Assembly: GCA_951406725.2 (NCBI GenBank)
Contig: OX597837.1
Coordinates: forward strand, 15,438,001 to 15,502,000
From: Octopus vulgaris
Lineage: Eukaryota
Direction of reading: 5' to 3'
DNA: 64,000 nucleotides
Positions 13,961 to 27,574 of the stretch are shown one piece after another. Position 1 is the stretch's first letter. Each line of letters opens with the position of its first letter. Position numbers and translations under genes: made by a program. Under the pieces are notes generated by a model. It was not told where the DNA came from. It saw nothing but the letters and a program-made list of their open reading frames with translations, and made no database searches.

Positions 13961-14045
13961 GAGTGAGTGAGCAGTGCATGCCATCAAAGTGACACTGGGG
14001 TAAAATATACGAAGCCCAATATACCCATCATGACTACCCGTCTGA
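13961..14045 (-). mobile_element. 85-bp unique insert inside an (ATT)n tract; probable extreme 3' end of a (TAA)n-targeting non-LTR element
   Basis: Complex sequence flanked on both sides by (TAT)n (13939-13960 and 14046-14133), the same geometry as the copies at 35-38 kb. Strand inferred from the tract orientation. Confidence 0.5.
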
Positions 14046-14132
<87 letters not shown>

Positions 14133-14463
14133 TTACTGATTGTATATTATTAAATTTTACTCGAATTATTTTCCCAAACACGAAACAATATCACCGTAGA
14201 CGTTTAAAAACTGCTTGGAGGTGTTATTTGGATAGGTTAGGGAAAGACAACTTGTGGTCTCGGAACGGAACTTATTTTTCGCCATATGTACTATTATTCA
14301 TATACTACTGATTCCTTTAACACGGTTTTGTCTTTTGAACCAAGCACACATAATAACCAAAGCTATGTGAACACGTGACTGTTAACGTTTAACATTTCCA
14401 AAGTTCTAAAAACCGGTGTTTATAATGCGTTCCTTTATGCCATGTAATACAGAAAAAGATAAT

Positions 14464-14574
<111 letters not shown>

Positions 14575-14926
14575 GACGTCACTTGTTTTTCTCCGTCTTT
14601 GCTGGCCGTCTTAATATGTCATTTGGTCTGTGGATGTTTTGGTCAAATATTTTTGTTTTCTGACTAAAATATTTTCCAGCGTTCTGGTTGGTCGACTTCC
14701 TGATGACGTCATTTGTTTGTCGAACGTAATGATCCCTTGTTTTTGACTAGTAGGGACCCAGTGCTCTGACTGGTTGATTTTCTGCCTGTGTAGTTAGTTG
14801 CTGTCAAAGGACTTGGTAATCCGCTTCTGTCTGTTGGTCGTCCAGCGTTCCGGTTGATTGATTCCATTCAGATGCTACTGGTTCAGTCCGCTCAAAACAA
14901 ATTCCCCAATACTCAGTCTTGCGTGA

Positions 14927-14982
<56 letters not shown>

Positions 14983-15373
14983 TTCCTGTATTTATCTTTG
15001 CTGCTCTTTCTCCTTCTCCCTCTTCTTTCTCTATTCCCACCTCTCTTTCTCCTTCATCTTCTCCTCCTCCTCCTCCTCTTCTTCTTCTTCTTCTTCTTCT
15101 TCTTCTTTTCCCCTCAGCTGCTCCTATTTAAACCATCAATTCTCTGTACCCAAACTATTCCTTCAGATTTACTACTACCCACCTACGAGGCATTCATAAA
15201 GGAATACAGAGAGAGACAGACAGACTATTTGAAGACTATGGAAATATCTACAAAACATTTCACTTAATTTTTTCTCCAATTGAATGGTTTTTCTTATTTT
15301 ACTCTTAGTTGAAAAGTCTAAAAAGACGGATGTATATATATATATATATATATATATACATACATATATATAC

Positions 15374-15439
<66 letters not shown>

Positions 15440-15452
<13 letters not shown>

Positions 15453-15689
15453 CAAATAAAAATAAAACCAAGGGAAAAACAGCAAAAGTCAATAGACTAA
15501 CACAATGAATATCTTAGATTAACACTCTGTGAAAAATTTGAATGGAATAATACGAGCGGAAATGACGTTTCGAACATGGCTTTTCGTCGGAAAGAGAAAA
15601 AGGTCCAAAGAGGAAGAAAAGGAGGAAAGAGCAGAAAGTCTCAGAAAAGCACGTGTGTCGTTATATGCCACAAATATATGGGCTTGAAA

Positions 15690-15690
<1 letters not shown>
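15440..15690 (-). mobile_element. PLE pLTR-like fragment with degenerate hammerhead at 15561-15593
   Basis: Reverse complement CCGACGA a aagc cat gttc GAAA cg tc. Lies between (TA)n and (CA)n. Stem I is poor. Confidence 0.5.
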
Positions 15691-15780
<90 letters not shown>

Positions 15781-16178
15781 ATCTTTTCTACTCTAGGCAC
15801 AAGGTCCGAAATGTTGGGGGAGGGATCAGTCAATTAAATTGACCCCAGTACGTAAGTGGTGCTTAATTTATCAACTTCGAAAGGATGAAAGGCAAAGTCG
15901 ACCTCGGCGAAATTTGAACTCAGAACGTAAAGAGAGACGAAATACCTATTTCTTTATTACCCACAAGGGGCCAAACACAGAGGGGACAAACAAGGACAGA
16001 CATAGGTATTAAGTCGATTACATCGACCCCAGTGCGTAACTGGTACTTAATTTATCGACCCCGAAAGGATGAAAGGCAAAGTCGACCTCGGCGGAATTTG
16101 AACTCACAACGTAACGCAGACGAAATACCGCTAAGCATTTCGCCCGGCGTGCTAACGTTTCTGCCAGCTCGCCGCCTT
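15781..16178 (-). mobile_element. SINE family A dimeric copy
   Basis: Two gaaaggatgaaaggcaaagtcgacctcggcg modules separated by a cccacaagggg...aaacaaggacaga spacer. Confidence 0.85.
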
Positions 16179-16594
16179 TCACACAGACAGACAGACACAC
16201 ACACACACACACACTCACACAATCTGATGTTGCAACTGGTTGTTCGTTGTAGGTTGGAGTTATATGATCTTTATTGATTTGGTCGGCAGCAACTTGGAAT
16301 TATTAAAAGTTTATTGATTTGTTTAATTTTTGTGTTAAATTAAAATATAATACAACGAAATCAATAAAAAAGGGCAATTTTATAATCGATATTACCAATC
16401 AGCGGGCGAAATATTGATTACAACAGATCAATATTTACCTTGAAGTCTTAAATTATTGGTTATAAAAAGATTTTCATGAAAGTAAAAAACAACAACTAAA
16501 GGGCCACCTAACGTGTACGGAGAAAAACACTGGATAAGGTTTACAATTTTTAGAGAAAATATTAATTTCTTGTATATATATATATATATATAGT

Positions 16595-16780
16595 TACTCC
16601 AAACATGAACAAAGAGAAAGCACAACAACGCGAGGACGTGGAAGAAATATAGTATTATTGGACGTTCAGGAAAGGAAAGAAAGAAGGAGGATTTAACGTT
16701 TCGAGCGGAGCTCTTCGTCAGAAACATAGGAAAAGGAAAGGTCCAAGGAAGGGAAGACGGAGAGAGAAAATCGCCAACGA
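16595..16780 (-). mobile_element. PLE pLTR fragment between two (TA)n tracts
   Basis: Reverse-complement homolog of 12600-12770; contains a canonical hammerhead core. Confidence 0.75.
16691..16725 (-). ncRNA. minimal type-I hammerhead ribozyme, canonical core
   Basis: Reverse complement GUUU-CUGACGA-A-GAGC(ucc)GCUC-GAAA-CG-UU-AAAU. Confidence 0.8.
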
Positions 16781-16782
16781 TA

Positions 16783-16816
<34 letters not shown>

Positions 16817-16819
<3 letters not shown>

Positions 16820-17255
16820 GGGACAAAAACGCAATAGAGGGCATTAAAACGTTCGGACAGATAGGCGATACAAAAGCGGACAAGAGAAACAACAGTTAGA
16901 AGGACAGGCTAAAAAAGATGGGTCATTTATGGCTTTCTTTCATCAGTGAAGTACCAGAAGTTTCGACCATTTCGGGCAGTTTCACTTGAGATGGTTCGAT
17001 CAAGTTGCCCCCCAAAAAGTCTAAGCTAAGAGCATTAGACCCCTTTGTAAGGAAGCTAGTGAATGTGTATGGCTATAAAGGCAAAAAAACAAATAAACAA
17101 AAAGAACAGAGAACATGGTACACAATTACGAATGCAAACAACAAGAAATAACAACAGGCGTCTTTCGACTGAGAACGAATCAAATTGAGCTGGTGTGTAT
17201 GAAGTGAAAGCCTAAAGGCAGGAAGATGGGAGATGGACACAAGAGGTGTTGACGG
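16817..17255. mobile_element. dispersed ~440-bp repeat flanked by TA-type microsatellites (unclassified)
   Basis: Similar to 29020-29490 (shared ctaagct..gagcattaga and aacaaca/gcagg(c/t)gtctt..cgact blocks). Confidence 0.55.
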
Positions 17256-17287
<32 letters not shown>

Positions 17288-17383
17288 TATCATCTCTGTA
17301 AACAACCTGTAGCCTTCTGTAAATGTTGGACAACCCCATCAACTCTCCAACGCCAAGAACACAATGACGGCACGACGGCACCA

Positions 17384-17446
17384 TAGTATGGTGACTCGAT
17401 GGCACGATGGCACGATGGCACGATGGCACGATGGCACGATGGCACG
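17384..17446 (+). repeat. (CGATGGCA)n 8-bp tandem repeat
   Basis: About six perfect units visible at 17397-17445. Confidence 0.9.
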
Positions 17447-18439
17447 TTGCTGCTGCTTTCAATCCCTTATTCGCCTGCAATGTAGAACAGGAGGATTACA
17501 ATATATAGGAAGAGACACTGCTTGAACATATGCGATCTGAACGACCTCTGTTGCTTTTGGATTACTTCTGGAACAATCCTTTGAATCTTTGGATTGATTT
17601 CTCGGAGCTAAAGAATTTCAGCGAACAGTATCGATCTGTATGAAGTAAGTCTTTATGTGGTTTGTCGTTATGCTAGAAGCAGCAGCCGAATAGGTCTGAA
17701 ATCACATTCAATCGTCGTTAAATAAAAGAAACGACATGTTGGTTGATGAATTTCTGAAAAAGAGAAAAAAATGGAATTTAAAAAGAATGTAAAATCCCAT
17801 CAGCGAATGAAGTCGTACGAGATGAGGGGGGGATAGTCACAGTTTTAACAAGCTGACGTCATAGGACCAGTGGATTAAGCAATAATAACCACAAAATCAA
17901 TACCTGTTCACTTTTACCTGCCATCCTCCGATAAAGCAAGATTTAGTGATTGAAGACAGATGAGGGAAGAATACGAGAAAATGAAAGAAATAAAGACAGA
18001 AAGAAAGAAATTTCAAATAATTAAGTTTTTTAGCTGAAGTTTCTAGAAAACTCTTTTAAATTCTACGATATTTCCATGACAACCGACCAACCGATCTGAC
18101 AACTTGACAATCGGGTAGACAGCTCAGCGTATGTAAAATTATAAATCATGTATTTCAGATTTTATAGAACAAATTTTAAAACTTTTCGATAAAATTTCAG
18201 TCACATTACAAGGCAACGTTTCACTACCTTTTATGGTGAAGAACAAACAATTTTTCTCTCGCTCGTATTTTTAGATTCTTAAATTATGCGTTTTAGTTTT
18301 TGTTTTTGTTTGTTATGTTTTTATCACAACAAAACCATTTTGAAAAAAAATTTGTCCAACATATATTATAAATCAAATCCAGGAAATTTGAACAATAAAT
18401 TTTTCCTTGGGGAGTAAATAAAGTTTGTAATCAGATGTA

Positions 18440-18505
<66 letters not shown>

Positions 18506-18576
18506 CTCATCTTATAACTTTCTCATACCTCTGTTTACATTTTATCCAATATGAATAATATAATGCATCTAATAAT

Positions 18577-18612
<36 letters not shown>

Positions 18613-18765
18613 TGATTCTTGTGTATGCATATACAAGTAAATATGTATGTATATTTAAGTGTAGGTATGTGTATTTATGTATATTTATGTATGTGTATGT
18701 ATATGTATAAGTATGTATATGTGTGTGTATTTATATTTATAACTTAACCTTATGTACTGTCTAAA

Positions 18766-18889
18766 ATCTCTGACGAAGCCCAGAGAACCACCCAAGTACC
18801 TCAATTTCATCTACTAATTACTTCAGTCTACAGGAGGGATAAATGTAGAATGAGGTACTTTTGCCTCTTGGCTGAAACAGCTGTAAGGT
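18766..18889 (+). ncRNA. type-I hammerhead ribozyme with canonical core and long extended stem II
   Basis: AUCU-CUGACGA-AGCCCAGAG...AAGUACCUCA...UCUAC...GUAGA..UGAGGUACUU...CUCUUGGCU-GAAA-CAGCUG-UA-AGGU; three nested helices in stem II. Confidence 0.75.
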
Positions 18890-19088
18890 ATCTTCCCAAT
18901 TTCTATTCCTGCATGTTATATATTTTAATAATTACTGGTATCTTTATATTATATTATATATGTAAAGCACAATATGTTATACATGTATGTATATTGTTGT
19001 AATTGTTCTTTTAGTAAATAAATAAATAAATTGACATATGTCTACAAGTTGATGAATACCACCTATTGATCCCCCCATTTTCTTATTA

Positions 19089-19135
<47 letters not shown>

Positions 19136-19403
19136 ACATCTGAAATATAATATATATATATGTATGTTTATGTATATATTACACATTTTATTCTTTTACT
19201 TGTTTCGGTCATATGACGGCGGCCATGCTGGGGCACCGCCCTGAAGCGATTTTAGTCGAATGAATCGACCCCACTACGTATTTGCTTTTAAGTCTGGTAC
19301 GTATTCTATAGGTTTCTTTTGCCGAATAACGAAATTACGGGGACGTAAACACAGCAACATCGGTATCAATAATTGGAGGAGGACAAACAGATACAAAGAC
19401 CCC

Positions 19404-19450
<47 letters not shown>

Positions 19451-20271
19451 ACGGGGTGTAGATAAGGCACGTGCCACTGGTGTCGCAATATTGCTAAGTG
19501 CCATCTTTATGGCTTAAATTTGTATTTTTCGTTAAATATGATTTTTAGGAAATCTTTCTCTGCCAAATCTCTTCATGTCAGATCGAAACCCAGCATTGAA
19601 GTAACAACAGCAGAAAACTAGACCAAACACTGATCGCGTGAAAAGCTAAAACCGAGACAAAAATAACGTTTGTTTTATTCAGTATTTTATTGAAAAAGAC
19701 ATAAAGAGAACAAATGGTATTTATAAAATTTAGATTTAAAGCTATGTTATGGGAAGTAGGTACATTGCAATATAATTCTTCCTGTCTTTGTGTATTTTAT
19801 ATCTTTTCATTTGAATTAAAATGGCGATTTTCGCTGAGCAATTTAATATGGAGGTGAGTGAAACCCATTCCGCTCATAATAGCTAATTGAATGTGTGTAA
19901 ACACACGCACGCGTACACACTCACACACACACATGCACGCACGCACACATACACACACATGCACGTACACATACACGTAAACACACATGCACGCACACAT
20001 ACGCAGACGCACGCACGCACACACAAACATACACATACACACACGACTGTGACTTCGTCAGTGATCATGTGCCCCTCAAGCCCCTCCTTCTCCTCATCCC
20101 TTATTGCCTGTTTACTGTTCGTCTCATAGATCTTGTGGTAGGATTCTTCTTACAGGTTTTTGTATTTCTATTTAATAAAAGCCGATATAAATGTTAGTTG
20201 GTCGGTTGGTTGGTTGAATTTCTCCAGTCACGCTTCACACAGTATAAAGAAAGGAAGAAAGAGTAAAAAAA

Positions 20272-20368
20272 AAAAAACGATACTCAGCGGGAAGGTCAGC
20301 ATAAGAAGTGCTGGGTGAGTGTCACATAACTTTCTGCAAAATACACTGTTTTTTAATGAAGTTTTGCA
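20272..20368. repeat. dispersed ~100-bp repeat
   Basis: aaaacgatactcagcgggaaggt(c/t)agcataagaagtgctgg...aatgaagttttgca, also at 22416-22508. Confidence 0.8.
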
Positions 20369-22160
20369 GAGATAGGCTTTCGATAGAGTTATATTACGAT
20401 TAGGTTTGTAGATTTAGAAATTTAATTGTATAAAATATATATATATATATGTGTGTATTACAAATGAGAAAGTTTTCTTTCATTTTATTTTAAGAGAATA
20501 AATATTTTTTCCTCATGAAAATTAGTTTTCATTTCATCGTTTTGTATAAACATCCAAGAAATCGATAAAGTTAAATTATAATTATTGTATGTCTGCTGAA
20601 TTTCTTGATATTACCCACGGTGGGAAAAGTATGCTTCCAAAGTTGCTCGTCATATGATTGGTTACTTTGGTAGACTAGTATATTACGCAAAGACCTGTTC
20701 AGGCCGAAACAATGTGAAACGATGTCCAAAATTGAAGACAAGAAATATCAAAGAAATACAAAGTAAAAGCCTCAATGTTGTTCTGTCTTCGTTTTCGAGG
20801 TTCCCTTTTCGATTTCAATATAAGAAGAAAGTGCAATGCGGAGGGTATGAGAAACTTGGTTATCATTGCTATTATTTTGTGGTGTTGTACTTTGGAATTA
20901 TTTTATTCCACATATTGGGTGAGTGGGGAGGGGGATGAGAGAGAGTTTGGTTGAAATTGTTCTTTTGTTGAACTTTGGTATTTGGATTTAAATTTCAATT
21001 TAACTTTCTTTTCAACGTGAATGTATTCTAGAAAACAAAACAAAAAATGCAGTGTTCGTTTCGAGAAAGCATCACGTATAGATCTACAAACCTAAAAGGT
21101 ACCATACAAGATGCTTCCTCGAGACGAAAAGCGCAGTTATCTGACTTTCTACGTTGAGCAAGATATACAGAATGCTAGTTTGAACTAATACAGATTCTGT
21201 CGCTTATAACATTTCTATTTATTTTACATTTCATGGTGTTTGTGTACTTGTGTGCTCGTGCGCGCGTGTATGTGTGTATTTGTGTGCGTTGGACTTTGGA
21301 CATTGGTCAAGTTTGTTTATGTGTTTTGTCAAGCGTCTAGGTGTTTAGAATAATTTAATTAGCGGTCCTTTTCTGTTTGGCTGCATCTGTGAATATTTTA
21401 AAGTTTAGTGAACATTTTAAAATTTGGTGTAGTCATGTAATTTTCAACGCTGAAACAAAGGAGATTATTCACTTTTTCCCCCCAAAAAAATTTCAAGTTA
21501 CAGAGAGTTACGTTTGATCATTTTTATCGTCAGAAAACAGGATTTGGAAGGTGTCGTTTTGTGTGTGACTGCACGAGTTGTCAACATTGCGAAAATAGCT
21601 CGTGTTTTAATATGAAACTGTAAGCAAATTAAATACTGGCCGAATTCAGCTTTTCGTACAGCAACTAACCCCTCATAACTTTATTTATTTTTTGGAATTT
21701 TCAGAAAATCCTCGAATCTAATTTTTTCTCAGGCTTTAGAATAGTCCGCAAATGATTGTAACTTCATCCACTTGCGTGTCAAACGGAGAGCTGGGTTTCT
21801 TGGAATAAACAAATAAAACATCTTCCAAAGAAACAGAAGAAAACTAAACGTTTGATTATTCAAAGAGAAGAAATGACAGTGAAACCTCTTCCCGGTTCAA
21901 AACGGTTTCCTGATGTATTGCCGAGTTCTTGTTATCTTTTATCGTTAATCTTTTACTGGTATCAGTCATTGGATTGCGGTCATACTGGGGCATTGCCTTG
22001 AAGCATTTTTAGTCGAATAAATAGATCTCTGTTCTTAGTTTTTAAGACTCGTACATATCTTATCGGTTTTAGCCGAATCGCTTGGTTACGGGGACGTAAA
22101 CAAATCATCACTGGTTGTCAAACAATGGGATAGGACGAGCACAGACACACGCAGGCACCA

Positions 22161-22198
<38 letters not shown>

Positions 22199-22218
22199 CA
22201 TATGCATATATATATATA

Positions 22219-22253
<35 letters not shown>

Positions 22254-22567
22254 GACGATCTTCCATCTAGATATATATATATATATATATCACGTGACCG
22301 ACCAGACCATCAGATGTTGTTACACATTGCTGGTCATAATGCGTTCGCATTGTTTTAGCCTTCGAATGACGCCACCCCGCTGGCTAAGCGAGCAGGGGAA
22401 GCAGGAGTAAAAAACAAAACGATACTCAGCGGGAAGGTTAGCATAAGAAGTGCTGGATGAATGCCATATAACTGTCTGAAAAGTACAGTTTTTTAATGAA
22501 GTTTTGCATATATATACGAAACAAGATTGAAAAAATAGTACTCGAATACCTGAGGTAGAATAATACG

Positions 22568-22857
22568 CTTTATTGAAAAACAGCTAAAATATCACAAAAT
22601 CTGTTACTCAGAGTTTTACGTTCCCGTTTGTCGGACAGTTTGGTTTAAAATGGAACAGAAATAAGGTTATAAGCAAACATATACAATTAGTTTAATGGAT
22701 ACACGAAACCATTTTCAAATGTGTATCATTTAAACTAATTGTATATGTATGCGGATAACCTTATTTCTGTTCCATTTTAAACAAAACTGTCCGACAAATG
22801 GAAACGTGAAACTGTGAGTGACAGTTTTTGTGATATTTTTGCTGTTTTTCAATAAAG
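22568..22857. mobile_element. fold-back (inverted) PLE pLTR pair with degenerate hammerheads
   Basis: Arms 22568-22704 and 22721-22857 with a 16-nt spacer. Motif ctgt-CCGACAA-acg/atg..cgt-GAAA-ct(c/g)tgag-t(a/g)-acag at 22601-22638(-) and 22787-22824(+). (TA)n immediately to the right. Confidence 0.7.
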
Positions 22858-22935
<78 letters not shown>

Positions 22936-22936
<1 letters not shown>

Positions 22937-23311
22937 GCGTGGAGTGGCTGTGTGGTAAGTAGCTTGCATACCAACCACATGGTTCCGGGTTCAGTCCCAC
23001 TGCGTGGCACCTTGGGCAAGTGTCTTCCCCTATAGCCTCGGACCGACCAAAGCCTTGTGAGTGAAAGAAGCCCGTCGTATATATGTATATATATGTGTGT
23101 GTGTGTGTGTTTGTGTTTGTCCCCCCAACATCGCTTGACAACCGATGCTGGTGTGTTTACATCCCTGTAACTTAGTGGTTCAGCAAAGGAAACCGATAGA
23201 ATAAGTACTAGGCTTACAAAGAATAAGTCCTGGGGTCGATTTGCTCGACTAAAGGCGGTGCTCCAGCATGGCCACAGTCACATGACTGAAACAAGTAAAA
23301 GAGTAAAAGAG
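22936..23311 (+). mobile_element. SINE family B, near full-length
   Basis: tRNA-like head (gtggctgtgtggtaag..ggttcagtccc), accttgggcaagtg box, internal TA/GT tract, gtaaaaga tail. Confidence 0.85.
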
Positions 23312-24194
23312 TATATACACACACACACACACACACGACGATCTTCAACGAAATTCACTTGGGAACCATTGGTCAGCTTGGGGCTTATCAGATGCCCCGT
23401 TGTCATAAATGTCTGTTCAGGTTTAGAAGTATTTCTTTAGCCGAAAAATAGGAAATGGAAAACAAAACAATGGCTGCAACTTAATGAAAGACGGTTTTAA
23501 AGTTGGAGAAGCGAAGAAGTTCGATGCTGGTGGCTTGTTTATTCACTGGAGAAGAAAGTAGGTTTCTGCTTTAGCTGTTCACAATTTTCACGAAATGCCA
23601 ATCAGTGTTCAATGGAACAAGAAAACGGATTCCATCTTTGAAAATTGCCAGAAATGTTTAGTATCCGACAATAGGCCAAAATCAGAAAAATCAATACTAC
23701 TGCGTGTAACAGAACGAATTGGAATGAAAATCTTTTAGAAAATACAGGAATCGCTGAAATAGAGAGCTCCAAGCTGAAATTCTATGAGAAAAACAAAAAA
23801 ATGGTGAGATCTTCTCCACGGAATTTTTCTTTGCAAAGCGCCTTTAGTAATTCAAAAGCTTTGTATTACGAAGCCACAAGAAATTACAAAGAGAGAGAAA
23901 GAGAAAAGCGACTTCAGAAATTTGGGCGGAGAGTGGTTATTCAAAAACAAAATTGTTGACAAAATTTGGTCTTGTCATGGAAGAACATCTCAGTAACGGG
24001 AAAAAGAACCCAGGAAGAATATCACAGCTATCTCCCTAAGAACAGAATGAATATATTTCAGTTGGCGTTTCCTTTGTCCGCCACAAATTGCTACATGGAA
24101 CCCATAAAGACAAATGTTGAGGCCCCATGTTTGATGTTACTTCAGATCAATGGTATCGATACCAAATAGCAGAAAGAATTCGTAATTCTTCGAT

Positions 24195-24342
24195 TCTTTT
24201 ATTCGTTTCAGTCATTTGACTGCGGCCATGCTGGAACTTATTCTTTGTAAGCCTGGTACTTATTTTATCATACTCTTTTGCCGAACCGCTAAGTTTCGAG
24301 GACATAAACACACTAACATCGGTTGTCAAGCGATGGGAGAAC

Positions 24343-24412
<70 letters not shown>

Positions 24413-24584
24413 TACATATATGACGTGGTTCTTTCAGTTTCCGTCTACCAAATGCACTCACAAGGCTTTGGTCGGCCCGAGGCTATAGTAGAAGACACTT
24501 ACCCAAGGCTCTCTGCAGTGGAATTGAACCCAGAACTATGTGGCTGGGAAGCAAGCTTTCTACCACACGGCCACGCCTGCACCT
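24195..24584 (-). mobile_element. SINE family B, full-length
   Basis: Reverse complement of the 55958-56373 sequence, with internal (CA)n. Confidence 0.85.
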
Positions 24585-25797
24585 ATAACACGGCCGCGGT
24601 TGACAATTATTTAAAAACGAAAACAAATTCTATAAAGGAATTGATTCTTGGATAAAATAATGGAAGTAATCTTTTGGAAGAACTTGAAGACAATGAAATT
24701 ACGATAGAGAATTATAAGTTTGATAATAGGTTTTAGGAATTTATTAATAAAGTTACTAAGTCTATGTTTTTCACAGGTTTTAAGGCGGGCGTAAATAGAT
24801 GTCTTAAAGCCAAGATAAAAAAAGCGACATCTACTGGAAACTTGGTTCAAACTCCACCACTAAAACAAACGACGAACAATTTTTCTTCACAAAACACGAC
24901 AGAACTTGTAAAAAACTTGTTCATAAACTTTAAAATCTTCATCGTTTCCTAATTGCTGATGTAATTTATTGCTTTGGAATTTATTGAACTTACGAATTTC
25001 TATCATGTATTACTGCCAGGAAATTTATCAAACATTTGAACTTTCATCATTTCCAGTTGCTGTGAAACTTATTGAATAATACGTTTTGCTCAAAACTAAT
25101 AACTGTTTAATTATGTATTTTGTTGGCGAATATGTTCGTTTGTTTACATGTTGTTTAGGTGTGTTTTTAAAACATTTTTAATATTCCTGATATTGCTTAT
25201 TGAATTTATGTGCTAAACTAATTAATGTCGTAAACTTGTTTTTTTTTTTTTAAATAATTCTGTAAACGTTTATACAAGAGTCTGGCAGTGTCTCGTTTCG
25301 TTATTGGAATCAATATTTATGCTTGAGTGATATTTACTAACGAAGAGTTTGAATTTTATTGTCGGTAAAGTTTTAAGGGTGTTGGCCAAGTCTGTCTCTT
25401 TTTCACTGGAAAAAGGCACACGCTTATATAAGAGCCAGCGAGTGTTAGTCTTTGATAATAGGGTTCATGGTGAGCAATCCTCGTATACAAAGAAGCATTG
25501 ACTTCATACATTCGTAAAGCCACTCACATACATACAACCACTGGCGAGGATCGCGGACTGGCCAGGATGCAAGCTTGCCCGATGGCAAGTGAGCCCCTGT
25601 GCCATCAGAATCTATATATGGTGGTGGTGGGGGTCCCGTGCTAGTATCTAAGGCTCCATCCCCTCAAGTTTGAGAATTTTTTAATTCACGCCTGGAAGAA
25701 TGCATTATTTCAGACTTTCAGCCTGGTTGTGTTTGTAGACAGCTGAAAAGAATACTTTTAACCCCCCCCCCGCAATACTGTTAGACCCAATCCGCTA

Positions 25798-25844
<47 letters not shown>

Positions 25845-25859
25845 CATAATATATATACG

Positions 25860-25891
<32 letters not shown>

Positions 25892-25919
25892 TATATGTGT
25901 ATATATATACACACATATA

Positions 25920-25978
<59 letters not shown>

Positions 25979-27075
25979 GTATCACCTGGGATATGTATGT
26001 TATTCGAAAACTTTAAAGTATAATTGCTGTGAATTTATTAAATGTGATGTTTCCATGGTTTACAAGAAATACCTTCAATTATTGAGTAATAGAAAGGAAG
26101 AGAGAAAGAGGGAAAGAGAGAGAGAGAAAGAGAGAGAGAGAAAGAGAGAGAAAAGAAGGTTTGGTTAGTTGGTACCTGATGATAATAACTGAGAATTGCA
26201 GGTGCTCTTAACTAAAGTGGTTGCATCAGCATCATCAGCGACATCATCGTCGTGGTCAATACCATCATCACTGCAATCGTCGTTGTCACCACCATCACCA
26301 CCACCACCACCACAACAACAACAACAACAACAACAGCCATCACCATCATCGTGGTCGTCGTCGTCGTCGACTTCATCATCATCATCATCAACCTTTCGTT
26401 TCTATTCCCAAAGTCCTTCTTTCTGTCTCTCCCCTCTTCCTCCTCTCTTCCCCTCTCTCGCTTTCCCTCATTTCTTTCCCTTCTTCCTCTTCCACGTCCC
26501 ACCCACTCCTTTGACCTCCACCCATTCCCCTTCTTTCTATTTTCTCCCTTCCACAACACCGTCAGCGCGACTTCAGCGGGTGGAATGGCACAGCGAAGAA
26601 AACAGAACGTTCCGTAGACGACACCAGTTCTTTGGCAAGAACCTCCAAAAAATCAATAGGAAGAAGAAGAAAGACGACGACGACGAAAGAAAGAAAAAGA
26701 AAAAAACCACACACACACACACACACACACGAACTGTATATTCTTTAATAAACAAACATATACACAAGTACATTTGTAATTGTGTTTATATATATAAAGA
26801 AATAAAAAGATAGACTGACTGACAGATAGATAAATAGATAGAGAGATGTATATACGACGGGCTTCTTTCAGTTTCCGTCTACCAAATCCACTCACAAAGC
26901 TTTGGTCGGCCCGAGGCTATAGCGGAAGACACTTGCCCGAGGTGCCATGCGGTGGGACTGAACTCGGAACCCTGTAGTTGGGAAGCAAGCTTTGTACCAC
27001 ACAGCCACATACGATATATATATTAAATATATATATTAAATATATATATTAAATATATATATATATATATATTTA

Positions 27076-27236
<161 letters not shown>

Positions 27237-27262
27237 TACATATATATAACTCTATCTATCCA

Positions 27263-27341
<79 letters not shown>

Positions 27342-27574
27342 ATAAATAAATGTATGTGTGTGTTTGTGTGTGTGTGTGTGTGTAATTCAAACGAGTAAAT
27401 TTTGTCGAACATTTCTAGCAAGCCGGGTGACAGCGTACAGGCGTTTTTTTTAAAAATATGATGAGGGTGAGATTTGAGAAAGATCTGGCTGTCATTTCTA
27501 GCCAGTTGAATGACCATGAAGTGGCTTCTATGTCGACTCAACGTGGGAGATAGTACACATTCTGTCACAGCATT

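Noticed and set aside
14695-14730. CUGAUGA at ~14700 as a hammerhead
   Set aside because: No GAAA after a closable stem II; the surrounding 14570-14925 may be a PLE remnant, but the evidence is too weak.
23400-24170. Possible decayed APE-type LINE (VSDNRP resembling SDHRP)
   Set aside because: A single weak motif; not enough ordered motifs to call.
25539-25800. Possible hAT MITE (cactggcg...cgctactg ends)
   Set aside because: The terminal match is short and imperfect, and no 8-bp TSD is visible.
26196-26813. 205-aa S/P/Q-rich ORF that looks like a transcription-factor N-terminus
   Set aside because: Built from trinucleotide and CT repeats that are open in several frames on both strands; no domain or convincing splice context.
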